From: Candidatus Nanoarchaeia archaeon
Lineage (GTDB): Archaea > Nanobdellota > Nanobdellia > Woesearchaeales > JANQNC01
Assembly (NCBI GenBank): GCA_028279745.1
Contig: JANQNC010000001.1
Span: 594,154-658,153 of the forward strand
DNA: 64,000 bases
Direction of reading: 5' to 3'
The translations under genes and the position numbers were made by a program. Positions 47,425 through 56,417 of this stretch are shown one piece after another. The notes beneath the pieces were generated by a model, which was not told the origin of the DNA, did no database searches, and saw nothing but the letters and a program-made list of their open reading frames with translations. How positions within the stretch are numbered: the stretch's first letter is position 1; every line of letters begins with the position of its first letter.

Positions 47425-47772
47425 TCAATTTGACTTCTTTAGAGCTTCAGCAAAATCTTGTACTGTTCTGTAAAAGAATATGTGAGGCAATGAACCAACT
47501 TTTGTAAGTTTTACAGTTTCTTCAACAAGAGGTGTTGTGATAACTCTAAGATATCTTTGAGAGCCGTTGATGTTGTTTAGAACTTTAGCCAACAACCCAA
47601 TTTCAACAGAGTTAATCTTATCTGATTTGCCAAAATCAATAACAATATCTCTAAGAGAATCTTGTCTTAAACAGCCATGTACTTCTTTCTTAAGCTTATC
47701 CCACTCATTACCATATTGCTTGTCATATTTCAAGTACGTAAAACCAGGATAATCCTTTCTAATCAAAGGCAT
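47425..47772 (-). CDS. STAS-domain (SpoIIAA-like) protein
   Basis: VIDFGKSDKINSVEIGLLAKVLNNINGSQRYLRVI matches the STAS core. Confidence 0.5.
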   Translation of the reverse strand: MPLIRKDYPGFTYLKYDKQYGNEWDKLKKEVHGCLRQDSLRDIVIDFGKSDKINSVEIGLLAKVLNNINGSQRYLRVITTPLVEETVKLTKVGSLPHIFFYRTVQDFAEALKKSN

Positions 47773-47834
47773 TGTTCTATCAGAAAAGAGGTTTTTATTT
47801 ATAAATGTTTCGTTTTTTAACTACTTTAAAGTAG

Positions 47835-47996
47835 TTACTTCTTTTTCTTTATACTTAAACCAATCACAAAGAAAGCCAACCCAATAATCCAAATACCTGT
47901 GTTAGGTTTTGCTATACCCACAATAAACCAAACAGCACCTAACGTAATGAAGATCTCTCTGTCAACTTTCTTAACTTGTTCTAACGCTTTTTTCAT
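47835..47996 (-). CDS. tiny membrane protein (53 aa), not in ORF track
   Basis: Manual translation gives MKKALEQVKKVDREIFITLGAVWFIVGIAKPNTGIWIIGLAFFVIGLSIKKKK. Its ATG overlaps the stop of the upstream gene (ATGA). Confidence 0.35.
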   Translation of the reverse strand: MKKALEQVKKVDREIFITLGAVWFIVGIAKPNTGIWIIGLAFFVIGLSIKKKK

Positions 47997-48256
47997 TTTA
48001 AGATAAAAAAGATTATTCCCAAGATTAAAGTCAGTGCCAAAAGTGCTCCGACCACCAAAGCGGTTACTTTAGATTTTTTAAGGTTTGTTTCAAACTTGTT
48101 AATGCTCACCAAACCATAGATGAAACAACCCATACCCACCCCTTTTATCAGATCCTGGATGACCTCTTTGCTTGAACCTGCAAAGAACCACATCAAAACA
48201 CCTGCAATAGTTAAAGCGATCGCTAAAACTTTTCTATTTTTTTCTACTTCACTCAT
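47993..48256 (-). CDS. small membrane protein (87 aa)
   Basis: The product has two TM helices. Its 4-nt overlaps with flanking genes indicate an operon. Confidence 0.4.
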   Translation of the reverse strand: MSEVEKNRKVLAIALTIAGVLMWFFAGSSKEVIQDLIKGVGMGCFIYGLVSINKFETNLKKSKVTALVVGALLALTLILGIIFFILK

Positions 48257-48564
48257 CTTTTATGTGCTACGAACAATCCACCCAATACAAGAGCAAGAAC
48301 TATTGCAACAATGCCTCCTGTTGATAACTCTGGAATCTCTTCAAATCCTTCTGGCACACACATCCTGCCTTCTTCACAGAATTCACCATTCCACTGACAC
48401 TGATAGTACGGGTTATCTCCCACAAAACGATTTGGGCATTCTTCAAATGTGTAAATTCCACACGCTTCGCCAGGACCTGCCTGGCTAGGATCAAAACAAG
48501 TTTCTATTGCCAGTGCAGTTGTTGTCAATAATAAAGTCATCATCAGAAAAAATAGTTTTTTCAT
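48253..48564 (-). CDS. secreted Cys-rich protein with PEF-CTERM-like anchor (paralog of 44373-44906)
   Basis: It has a signal peptide and 8 Cys. The C-terminus reads CVPEGFEEIPEL followed by a TM helix and HKR. Confidence 0.5.
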   Translation of the reverse strand: MKKLFFLMMTLLLTTTALAIETCFDPSQAGPGEACGIYTFEECPNRFVGDNPYYQCQWNGEFCEEGRMCVPEGFEEIPELSTGGIVAIVLALVLGGLFVAHKR

Positions 48565-48809
48565 TTTCGTTTGCCTCTCTTTTTTGATTTTTTACCTTTC
48601 ATCTTTGAAAACACAAAAATGTAAAGTATAGGTAGAATACCTAACGTGTTAAAGATAAATATGCAGATGAACCACGCTAACTTGTTATTCTTTGCAGCTT
48701 TCCACATCGCAATACCTTTCCAAACTGCTTCCCAGATCATCAAAGGTATAATCGCAAGTGATATGCCTGCAAGTAAAGTTTCGTATGACATTTTAGTGCA
48801 TAATGGCAT
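48561..48809 (-). CDS. small membrane protein with basic C-terminus
   Basis: The product has two TM helices and a KGKKSKKRGKRK tail. Confidence 0.4.
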   Translation of the reverse strand: MPLCTKMSYETLLAGISLAIIPLMIWEAVWKGIAMWKAAKNNKLAWFICIFIFNTLGILPILYIFVFSKMKGKKSKKRGKRK

Positions 48810-48848
48810 TGAGAGTATTTAAATATTTAGAAAAAAAAAGAAAAAATC

Positions 48849-49106
48849 TTACTTTTTACAGTAAGCATGCTTCATAGGCACTATGGCAGCAACAACTGCA
48901 ATAACCAAATACCAGTACCATTCAAGGTAAAGTATTCCTGACCAAAGCTTTGCAACCATCAAGATAAAAGCTGCAGCTGAAAGTTTAGTCAAACTTATAT
49001 CATACCATTTCAAGTTCTTTATTTTTTTATTTAAATTTTTGAAACACATATTATCACCTCTTTGTTTTTGAAATTGCCATAATAACAAAACCCGCACCAA
49101 GACCAA
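48849..49106 (-). CDS. small membrane protein
   Basis: Two TM helices. The true start is probably the internal Met (MCFKNL). Confidence 0.35.
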   Translation of the reverse strand: MVLVRVLLLWQFQKQRGDNMCFKNLNKKIKNLKWYDISLTKLSAAAFILMVAKLWSGILYLEWYWYLVIAVVAAIVPMKHAYCKK

Positions 49107-49221
49107 TTAACGTACCTGCAGGAATATTACCTGTAATAAAACCAACACCAATACCTATCAATAGACCTCCAGGAATAAATAAACCTGAAGGATCGTCTTT
49201 ATCACTTTTCTTCTTAACCAT
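49054..49221 (-). CDS. glycine-zipper micro membrane protein (55 aa), not in ORF track
   Basis: Manual translation gives MVKKKSDKDDPSGLFIPGGLLIGIGVGFITGNIPAGTLIGLGAGFVIMAISKTKR. Confidence 0.35.
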   Translation of the reverse strand: MVKKKSDKDDPSGLFIPGGLLIGIGVGFITGNIPAGTLIGLGAGFVIMAISKTKR

Positions 49222-49278
49222 AACAACCACCTCTAAGGGTTTTTTGTTCTATGAGTTTAAAAAACTAGCGGTAGAATA

Positions 49279-49539
49279 TTACTTAGGATAAAATGCTTCT
49301 TTTAGTTTGTTACTAAAATCGGATCTGAACTTATGACCGCATTTCTTGCAAGTCCAGCCACCCCACAAAAACTGATCCCAACTGTCAGGAATTCTTATAA
49401 GAGGTGGTTTCTTGCCGCATTTAGGGCAAGGCTTTCTGGTTATGTAGTTAAAGATCAACAAAATAATAACTATTGGAACACAAAATATTGCAACTACCGC
49501 AACCATCATAATGAGTGTGATAACTATTTCTGAAACCAT
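49279..49539 (-). CDS. membrane-anchored zinc-ribbon protein
   Basis: It has an N-terminal TM helix and the ribbon CPKCGKK...CKKCGHKF. Confidence 0.45.
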   Translation of the reverse strand: MVSEIVITLIMMVAVVAIFCVPIVIILLIFNYITRKPCPKCGKKPPLIRIPDSWDQFLWGGWTCKKCGHKFRSDFSNKLKEAFYPK

Positions 49540-49575
49540 ATAATGAAGGAAATTGAAGAAATATATAAATTATAG

Positions 49576-50034
49576 CTAAAAAATGTTATTTGTTAATTTC
49601 AAAAAACCTAAAGTGATAAAAACTCCCAACATAATGTAATCTGCAATGCCTCCAGATTTAAGGAAGCCTTTGAGTTTTAGTTTCTTTAGTGGGAAAAGGA
49701 AAGCAATGCCTTGATGGTTCAATGCGTCAAGTATTAAATGAGACGAGTAACCAACCAAGATCGCTATGATTATTAATTGATTACCCCATGCAAGATAAGC
49801 TAAGATAGCGAATAAAGCAACCGCCAATAACGAGTGAAAGAAACCTCTATGACTGAAAAGCCAACCCAAAGGCTTAAACCATCTGCCAAGTTTAGAATCC
49901 GGGTGATCAATATCTGCAAATATCGAAGACACAAGAACAAAAAACATGAACAGAAGTTCTTGGCTGATGTTAAAAAAATCTATAGCATATAACCCAACTA
50001 AAAAACCAAAAGCAAGGTGAGTGAAGAATTTCAT
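49576..50034 (-). CDS. membrane-bound metal-dependent hydrolase (DUF457/YdjM-like)
   Basis: The 152-aa product has 4 TM helices and conserved His residues (ADIDHPDS, FFHS, SSHLILDALNHQG). Confidence 0.55.
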   Translation of the reverse strand: MKFFTHLAFGFLVGLYAIDFFNISQELLFMFFVLVSSIFADIDHPDSKLGRWFKPLGWLFSHRGFFHSLLAVALFAILAYLAWGNQLIIIAILVGYSSHLILDALNHQGIAFLFPLKKLKLKGFLKSGGIADYIMLGVFITLGFLKLTNNIF

Positions 50035-51023
50035 TTTAGCGCTTTTGCTTCTTCCTCAGGATTAGGGTTGGTGAAAACCAAATTAGAAGTGAATTCAAGG
50101 TCATTACTCATAGGATTCCGTCTTGTCTTGCCAACAACCTTAATTATAGAACCAACAACATCATTTCTAAGTTCTTCAAACTCTTCAGGATTATCCTTAA
50201 TTTTTAAGAAATCATCATTCTTTGAATTGAAAAGTCTAAGAACCTGGTTTCTGTAAAAAGCAGTTCTTATAACTCCAGAACCATCATCAACTGATGCATT
50301 TAGCACGTATGAGAAAATAGGTGTTACTTTACCATGTTGTTGGCAGTTGTAATCTTCTTCAGATCTAACCCTTCTACCACATTGAGGGCAGACCTCAAAA
50401 AAGTTAGGATTAAAAACTTGAACAACATGTCCCAATAAGTCTATGTTTTCGTCGTTTTCTTGTAATTCACTAATCTTCTTTCTAGTAGATGGTGCAAATG
50501 TTGATTCTTTAACTTCAATTGAGACTCCTTTTGGATTCATGACCATATCAGACTTATCATTAAGATGTAGTTCTCTAAAACCTTGGTTCTCTTTAACCCT
50601 TGCATTCTTTATCTTGATTATATCTCCTTCCTTAATCTCCCTTAATTTGTCTGCTTGATCGTTCCATAAAGTGATCCTTATCTTGCCAGTCTCATCACCT
50701 ATGAAAAATGCGCCAACTTGGCCTTCCCGATCATTTTTTGTTTTGAACTTTCTAACATCAAAAATTCTAGTAACTTTACCAACAGTATTAACACTTCTTC
50801 TGTCAGTAGAAATATTTTTTATCTTAAGCTCTCCCTGCGGAGCTATTTCCTCAAAAAGCTTAACACCTTTCTCATTAGCAATTATGTGTGCTGCGCCCTC
50901 TTTTGAGATCAAACCAGATAATTGCTCAAGCTTATCTGCAACCAATTCATCAATCTCTTCAGTAGAAATCTTTGTTGTTTCTGAAATCTTTTCAACTATC
51001 TCCGAATATGTCAGTCTAAACAC
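50031..51023 (-). CDS. rpa: replication protein A (ssDNA-binding, OB folds + zinc ribbon)
   Basis: It has two OB-fold regions (VGKVTRIFDVRKF...GQVGAFFIGDETGKIRITLW) and a C4 ribbon CPQCGRRV...CQQHG. Confidence 0.85.
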   Translation of the reverse strand: MFRLTYSEIVEKISETTKISTEEIDELVADKLEQLSGLISKEGAAHIIANEKGVKLFEEIAPQGELKIKNISTDRRSVNTVGKVTRIFDVRKFKTKNDREGQVGAFFIGDETGKIRITLWNDQADKLREIKEGDIIKIKNARVKENQGFRELHLNDKSDMVMNPKGVSIEVKESTFAPSTRKKISELQENDENIDLLGHVVQVFNPNFFEVCPQCGRRVRSEEDYNCQQHGKVTPIFSYVLNASVDDGSGVIRTAFYRNQVLRLFNSKNDDFLKIKDNPEEFEELRNDVVGSIIKVVGKTRRNPMSNDLEFTSNLVFTNPNPEEEAKALK

Positions 51024-51083
51024 TTTTAATCCCCCTCCCTAACTTGTAGAGCGGAGCAGATCATATAAAAAAGTATCTGTTAG

Positions 51084-51920
51084 CTATTTAAAGAAAAATA
51101 AGACCTTCTTAAAGAATATCAAAATTAGGATAATCACAACAATTGCAACCAGTAATAAAGTAGTCAGATTAAAACCGAATTTAAAAATACGTTTACTCTT
51201 AATATTTTCTGGATTTTGAAACAAATCTGAAACTTCTGATCCAGTCAGAACTCTGTCCCAAATCGCAGCTTCATCGATTAATCCTTTAAACGCATGAAAA
51301 TTATCCCAAGGCTGAGCACCAAAGTTTAAGTCTAAGTCTGGAGACTTTCTCCAACCATTGCCTGTTGATGAGTTGTCTTCAATCTTACCATTAACAAAAA
51401 GTTGGGTTCCTTCAGAAGTATCCCAAGTTATAGTTATATGATACCATTGGTTTAATAGAACCTCTGTAGTTGATATTAGTTCTGTTGGTGTGTTATCTTT
51501 CATCATGTGAAAATGGAATCTATTGTCCTTCTCTTCTCCACCTACAGAAACATATTCATAATCACCATACCTGCCGATAAACCTTGGCGAATCATTTTTG
51601 TTAGAGTTATAGCTCATAGGGTAAACCCACATAGAAATAGAACCCCTTTCCATATTATCCATATTGTTTAGCTTGTTGTTAAACCAAATCTTTTCTCCAT
51701 TACCCCCAAATCTTATTGATCCACCCACTTTACCGTTAGGCTCATACCTTGCACCTGAAGAAAGAACTGCGTTGATTGAACCCCAATCATCTCTTACTGG
51801 ATCAAACCTGCCGTCAAAACTCCAATAGCCAACTAAACCTTCTTCATGATCAAGAGGGTCTGCACTGACTAAGCTTATTGTGACTAATAATAGTAGTGTA
51901 AAAGTAAATAGTTTATTCAT
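51084..51920 (-). CDS. LamG/concanavalin-like domain surface protein with C-terminal TM anchor
   Basis: It has a signal peptide. LVGYWSFDGRF...GGSIRFGGNGEKIWF is typical of a LamG jelly-roll. The C-terminus has a hydrophobic helix and a basic tail. Confidence 0.55.
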   Translation of the reverse strand: MNKLFTFTLLLLVTISLVSADPLDHEEGLVGYWSFDGRFDPVRDDWGSINAVLSSGARYEPNGKVGGSIRFGGNGEKIWFNNKLNNMDNMERGSISMWVYPMSYNSNKNDSPRFIGRYGDYEYVSVGGEEKDNRFHFHMMKDNTPTELISTTEVLLNQWYHITITWDTSEGTQLFVNGKIEDNSSTGNGWRKSPDLDLNFGAQPWDNFHAFKGLIDEAAIWDRVLTGSEVSDLFQNPENIKSKRIFKFGFNLTTLLLVAIVVIILILIFFKKVLFFFK

Positions 51921-51955
51921 AAGTGAGCATCTTAGTGCATTTTATAAAAATGTTT

Positions 51956-53248
51956 CTAAAGAAATGGTGCAATGTCTTTCTGTTTAGGTATATGATTAAT
52001 GAAATAAATGTGTCTAAAGGAAGGGTGAGAGTAAAGTTTAATTCTACCCGAAACTTTGTACTCCAAGACATCTTCACCATGTATCTTGCACGGCTTCTTT
52101 TTCATCTGTCTTGCACCATTAAGTATGTTGCCATCGCAAAAACTCTCAAGATGAGATATGCAATGCTCCCAAGTCTTAGCAGAGTCTGTTGCATTTGTGA
52201 CTAAAGTAACGATGGGGTAATGATAGTCTGCACTACGGTCTAGTGCATTGTCAGTTACAATAACCGAGTAATAATTATCAATATCAAGTTTCTTACATAT
52301 GTCTGTGTAGATTTTACCCATAATAAGTTTTGGTTTGTTTGTTTTATTCACAAAATTTAGATCAAATGTATTTACACCTAATTTTTTACAAACCCCCTCA
52401 AACACATCATCAAGAGTGAGATTCTTAAGATTTAGCTCGCCATCAAAGGTTTCAATATCACACCCCATCATGTTCAGCAAGTCCCTATGCTTCGCCATCA
52501 CTTTAGGACGTCTTCCTTTATTCAAACTTTTAATATATGAACTGAACCCCTTAGTTAATTCAGCCAGGTGTTCATCCATTTTTTCACTTAGTAACGGAAT
52601 GTATTTTCGATTCATGACCTCCAACGTCATATGTTCACGTGCATTCGCTATTAGAGGGACCGAGTATGCGGCATCAAATAAATCCCTAAACCTTCTTTTT
52701 GCAGTATCATATTTTGTGGTTCTACTGCCCCAATCAAAAGTTGCTGAAGAGATTATAGTTGAGTACTTTCGTTTTCCCCTTTTCTTTTTATATGTGTTAA
52801 CAAAATTAAATAATCCTTTTCTAAGATTGTTGCTTATTTCACAAGTGTCATCCCAGTCTAAGAAAATAGCTGTTTTATTCTCATTGGTCTGTTCGTGAGA
52901 TTTTGAAATAGAATAAGATCCAACAATACTCCACTCCCTCATCGCTTTTTTCGCAGACTCTTCTACACTTAACCCACTTTTTTTCTTATTGGTGACACAG
53001 TAATAAAAGAAAGCCACATTGAGCTTGGACCTTGCAAGGAAATGTTTATAGATACTTTCAAGTTTTTCTACAGGAAGTCTGCAGTTGTACTTAACTTCTT
53101 TACTCCCATCAAAAAGTTCTGTAAAAACACCTACTGCTTCCATAGGGTGCATCTCAATCTTATCCTTAAAGAGGTTGTCACTATCTACATGGTTGACTTT
53201 GTTAAAAAAAGCCTCATATTCCTCAATAAACTGCTCTAAGTTTGCCAT
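51956..53248 (-). CDS. hypothetical cytoplasmic protein (430 aa)
   Basis: A long ORF with no recognised family. It carries a GS...(about 20 aa)...DWDD segment. Confidence 0.35.
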   Translation of the reverse strand: MANLEQFIEEYEAFFNKVNHVDSDNLFKDKIEMHPMEAVGVFTELFDGSKEVKYNCRLPVEKLESIYKHFLARSKLNVAFFYYCVTNKKKSGLSVEESAKKAMREWSIVGSYSISKSHEQTNENKTAIFLDWDDTCEISNNLRKGLFNFVNTYKKKRGKRKYSTIISSATFDWGSRTTKYDTAKRRFRDLFDAAYSVPLIANAREHMTLEVMNRKYIPLLSEKMDEHLAELTKGFSSYIKSLNKGRRPKVMAKHRDLLNMMGCDIETFDGELNLKNLTLDDVFEGVCKKLGVNTFDLNFVNKTNKPKLIMGKIYTDICKKLDIDNYYSVIVTDNALDRSADYHYPIVTLVTNATDSAKTWEHCISHLESFCDGNILNGARQMKKKPCKIHGEDVLEYKVSGRIKLYSHPSFRHIYFINHIPKQKDIAPFL

Positions 53249-53406
53249 TTTTAGTTGAAATTACCAAGAACCACCTCTTAGGTAGTTTAAAAGGGATAGT
53301 GGGTTATATATAAGGGTTTAGAAAAATATTTAAATAGATTTAATTATTTTCTATATAGAAAATAAATAGGTGAAGATATAAATTTTATTTTAATTTTTGG
53401 CATAGT

Positions 53407-55425
53407 TTAAGGGAAAAGCCTTACTGAGAAAGAATCCAAATCATATAGTTGGTTGCCAAACTTGTCAACGCCAACAACAGCGAAATGATAAATCTTGCCT
53501 TCAGTTTCAGTTAAAGAAACTTGTATAGGTTTGTAATATGTCTTGGTTTCCTTGTCAAAATAGAAAACATCTGGATGAGTTACCATATCTGATTCAGTTG
53601 TTGCATCTTGAACAGTTGAAAGAACAAGTTTTTCCTCCCTAAAAGCATCACTAACTTTCTTAAGATCAACAAGAGGCTTGTAATAAACAACATAGTGATC
53701 TATATCAGGGGAAGGACTTTGCTTAAATGATAGCAGTGCTGTTCTTGGAATTGTTTTAGGAAAACTAACTTCTATTGCAGGAGGTGGTGAAGAGTCATTA
53801 ATGTACAAAGCAAAGTTAATTGACACATTCTGTATTCCTTCTGATGTTAAAACTTCATTGTAAGTTGGGATACACATCTTAAAGGTTCGATCATCAAGCC
53901 TGCATTCGTTATCAACAGAGTTAACACTTGATAAAATATTATTTTCTTTATGGACTACAAGCTTGTCTTCAACATCAGAGATGAAAAGATTAGAGATGAA
54001 ACCTCGTTGAACATTTTCAATATCCGTAATCTCTATCTGTTGATTTGCTAAGACTGCAAAAGTCTTTGAACCATTTTTTATTATTTCAAACTCACTACCT
54101 TCAACAAAAATCTCACACTCACAACCATCATCTTTTGAATTTAAGCAAGAGTCAAGCTGTTCTCTGAAAGATCGTAATGGATCTAGTTTGTCACACTGAT
54201 AAGACATTTGCCAGCCATTAAAAGCAGCTTCGTTAGCTACACACTCACTAAGAGCATAAGAGTCTGTTACTGTCAGATCTTGTTTTGAGTTACATGTATC
54301 TGATAGCTGTTTTGCCAATCTTACATAAGCAGAGTAGTTTAATGAGGATTTTTCAAAAGGAATATTGAAGTAAGGCATCCTTGAATATAATCCAACAGTC
54401 CCGAATGTTGTCTCGACATCTCTCCCCAATGATTCTTGCAATGCGTTGAAAGGGTTTACAGCTCTTCCGTTGTACTGATCTTGATAAATTCCAAAATGCA
54501 AGTGGGGTTGAGTGTTATCAGGAATTCCGCAAGTGTTTCCTGGTTTAGTGGAGTCGCAATCAGTGTAACATCCTAAATTATCACCTACCGTGCCAAGAAT
54601 TTCGCCAGCGTTAATTGTATCTCCAACTCTCCAAACTCTGTCTTCATCAGTGTTAATACCATACTTCTCTAAATGAGCATAATAGAAATAGTTGCCTTCA
54701 CTATCTCTTACGCCTATCCTATTACCACCCCATTCATTACACCCTATCCGTTCAATCCTTCCTGAGACTGATGCTATTACAGGTGTACCCATAGGTGCAA
54801 AAATATCTGTGCCTTCGTGAAGTCTTCCGCCGGGCCTTTCATAACCCCAATCGTTCTCAAAATAATATTTTTCTTTAACCGGGAAATATTCTAGTTTGCC
54901 ATCATAGAAAGCACCTTGACCAACCTTAACTGTTATAGGTGCGACAGGAGTTGCTAGAATTCTGTCTTCTGTAATGTTTATCTTATAGTTATTTTTCTTT
55001 AACCTGAAGTTAGCCTCGTAAATATCCAAAGGACTGTTAAGGTTATTGTTGAATATTGATACAAAATTGTTTGGAATATTATCTAAGTTGTAAACCGTGG
55101 ATTCGTTTGACCATAATGTGAAACCATAATAACTATTTTCCATTTCTGCACTGCCGCCCTGATTTCCCAAATCATACAATGATTGCTGAGATGAAATAAC
55201 TGCAGAATCTGTAATGTAGTTTACTGCTTTCTCAGCATCTGCATATCTGTTAAAAAGATCTACCTGTCTCTCTCCAACATACCCATCTTGAACATAATCA
55301 AACTGTTTTACAGAAAGAACCCTATAACTTGCAATCATAAAAACCAAGAATCCCAAAACTAGGAAAAGATTGAAAAATTGGGATTTCTTATTTAACATTT
55401 TAGTTATACCTCTGCAACTCAACAT
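53407..55425 (-). CDS. M23 family metallopeptidase (LytM/lysostaphin-like) with pilin-like N-terminus
   Basis: It has the HxxxD motif (LHEGTDIF) and the HxH motif (PHLHFGIY). The N-terminus reads MLNKKSQFFNLFLVLGFLVFMIAS (basic, then hydrophobic). It is the last gene of the pilin-like operon and overlaps the upstream gene. Confidence 0.75.
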   Translation of the reverse strand: MLSCRGITKMLNKKSQFFNLFLVLGFLVFMIASYRVLSVKQFDYVQDGYVGERQVDLFNRYADAEKAVNYITDSAVISSQQSLYDLGNQGGSAEMENSYYGFTLWSNESTVYNLDNIPNNFVSIFNNNLNSPLDIYEANFRLKKNNYKINITEDRILATPVAPITVKVGQGAFYDGKLEYFPVKEKYYFENDWGYERPGGRLHEGTDIFAPMGTPVIASVSGRIERIGCNEWGGNRIGVRDSEGNYFYYAHLEKYGINTDEDRVWRVGDTINAGEILGTVGDNLGCYTDCDSTKPGNTCGIPDNTQPHLHFGIYQDQYNGRAVNPFNALQESLGRDVETTFGTVGLYSRMPYFNIPFEKSSLNYSAYVRLAKQLSDTCNSKQDLTVTDSYALSECVANEAAFNGWQMSYQCDKLDPLRSFREQLDSCLNSKDDGCECEIFVEGSEFEIIKNGSKTFAVLANQQIEITDIENVQRGFISNLFISDVEDKLVVHKENNILSSVNSVDNECRLDDRTFKMCIPTYNEVLTSEGIQNVSINFALYINDSSPPPAIEVSFPKTIPRTALLSFKQSPSPDIDHYVVYYKPLVDLKKVSDAFREEKLVLSTVQDATTESDMVTHPDVFYFDKETKTYYKPIQVSLTETEGKIYHFAVVGVDKFGNQLYDLDSFSVRLFP

Positions 55426-55897
55426 AAGCAGTCTTATTTATTGAAACAGGAACATAAGCGTCAACTGAAGTTGTTGGCGTACCACCAGCACCAGCACCAG
55501 AACCTGCAAAACGATCAGGATACCCTTTTTTTTCGTAAATACTTATTTCGTATCCTACTTCAATCTCATTACTTCCCTTTTTGTAAATATAGATTGCTGA
55601 AGACAGCGCTTCGGTTGTCTTATTGTCAAGAATTCCTCTTAATGATCTATCGTTATAGGTTAAGGCAATCAACTCAGACATCTTAATTGTTTTATTGTTT
55701 ACATCAACGGGCGTCCTAAGATAGTTAAGCAATACTAAGTTGGATGAAACCTCATTTGCTTTGCCCTCAATAGCGACTTCTCCCCTGTCACCTTGAACTG
55801 TAAACAAGACAAAGAAAACTGCTGCAATAGACACAAATGCAAGTATTGAAAATGTGTCAAGGTAAACATTTCCCGCCCAAAGTCCTTTCCTATTCAA
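55400..55897 (-). CDS. pilin-like/class III signal peptide protein
   Basis: MNRKGLWAGNVYLDTFSILAFVSIAAVFFVLF. It overlaps the M23 peptidase gene. Confidence 0.4.
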   Translation of the reverse strand: MNRKGLWAGNVYLDTFSILAFVSIAAVFFVLFTVQGDRGEVAIEGKANEVSSNLVLLNYLRTPVDVNNKTIKMSELIALTYNDRSLRGILDNKTTEALSSAIYIYKKGSNEIEVGYEISIYEKKGYPDRFAGSGAGAGGTPTTSVDAYVPVSINKTAYVELQRYN

Positions 55898-56417
55898 CTT
55901 CTACCACCACATCTAAATCTAATCTTCCCTTCTCAAGACTATTGTCTTTATGATACAAAATATAATATGACTTCTGAATATTTTCATACTGCTTGAAAGA
56001 AGTCAGAGGAATCCACCTATCATACCACAACTTATTGAAGTAAGAAGTCGAGATTATATTGTTGTTTTCATCTACTAACTCCCCTTTGAAAGCAATCAAA
56101 GGTTGTTGTCTTGCGGTATAGTTAAAGGCTTTTGAAAGTCTATCGTTGAGCACTGTTTCGTTGCTGAAGTATTGATAGTCTATGATGCCCGGGTGACAGA
56201 TCTCATCACAGTAAGTAAAACCATTATTGCTAAATAAGACTCTTGAAACCATAATCTCAGATTCTGCCTTGGCAGTATCAAATGCGATAGTGAAAAAAGA
56301 GCTTATGAAAAAAATAACAACAAAGACAACAATAGCAAGGAAAATAAAATTAAGAATAAGGTTTGGTTTTTTGAATCCAAGCAACGCTTTCTTATCCATA
56401 ATACTCCCCCACTGCAT
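55890..56417 (-). CDS. pilin-like membrane protein
   Basis: MDKKALLGFKKPNLILNFIFLAIVVFVVIFFI. Confidence 0.4.
   Translation of the reverse strand: MQWGSIMDKKALLGFKKPNLILNFIFLAIVVFVVIFFISSFFTIAFDTAKAESEIMVSRVLFSNNGFTYCDEICHPGIIDYQYFSNETVLNDRLSKAFNYTARQQPLIAFKGELVDENNNIISTSYFNKLWYDRWIPLTSFKQYENIQKSYYILYHKDNSLEKGRLDLDVVVEVE

Noticed and set aside
47307-47507. 66-aa plus-strand ORF from the track
   Set aside because: An alternative frame (47264-47422) encodes a clean CxxC...CxxC zinc ribbon with a TATA box at -22. The tracked frame overlaps the STAS gene on the opposite strand and has no features.
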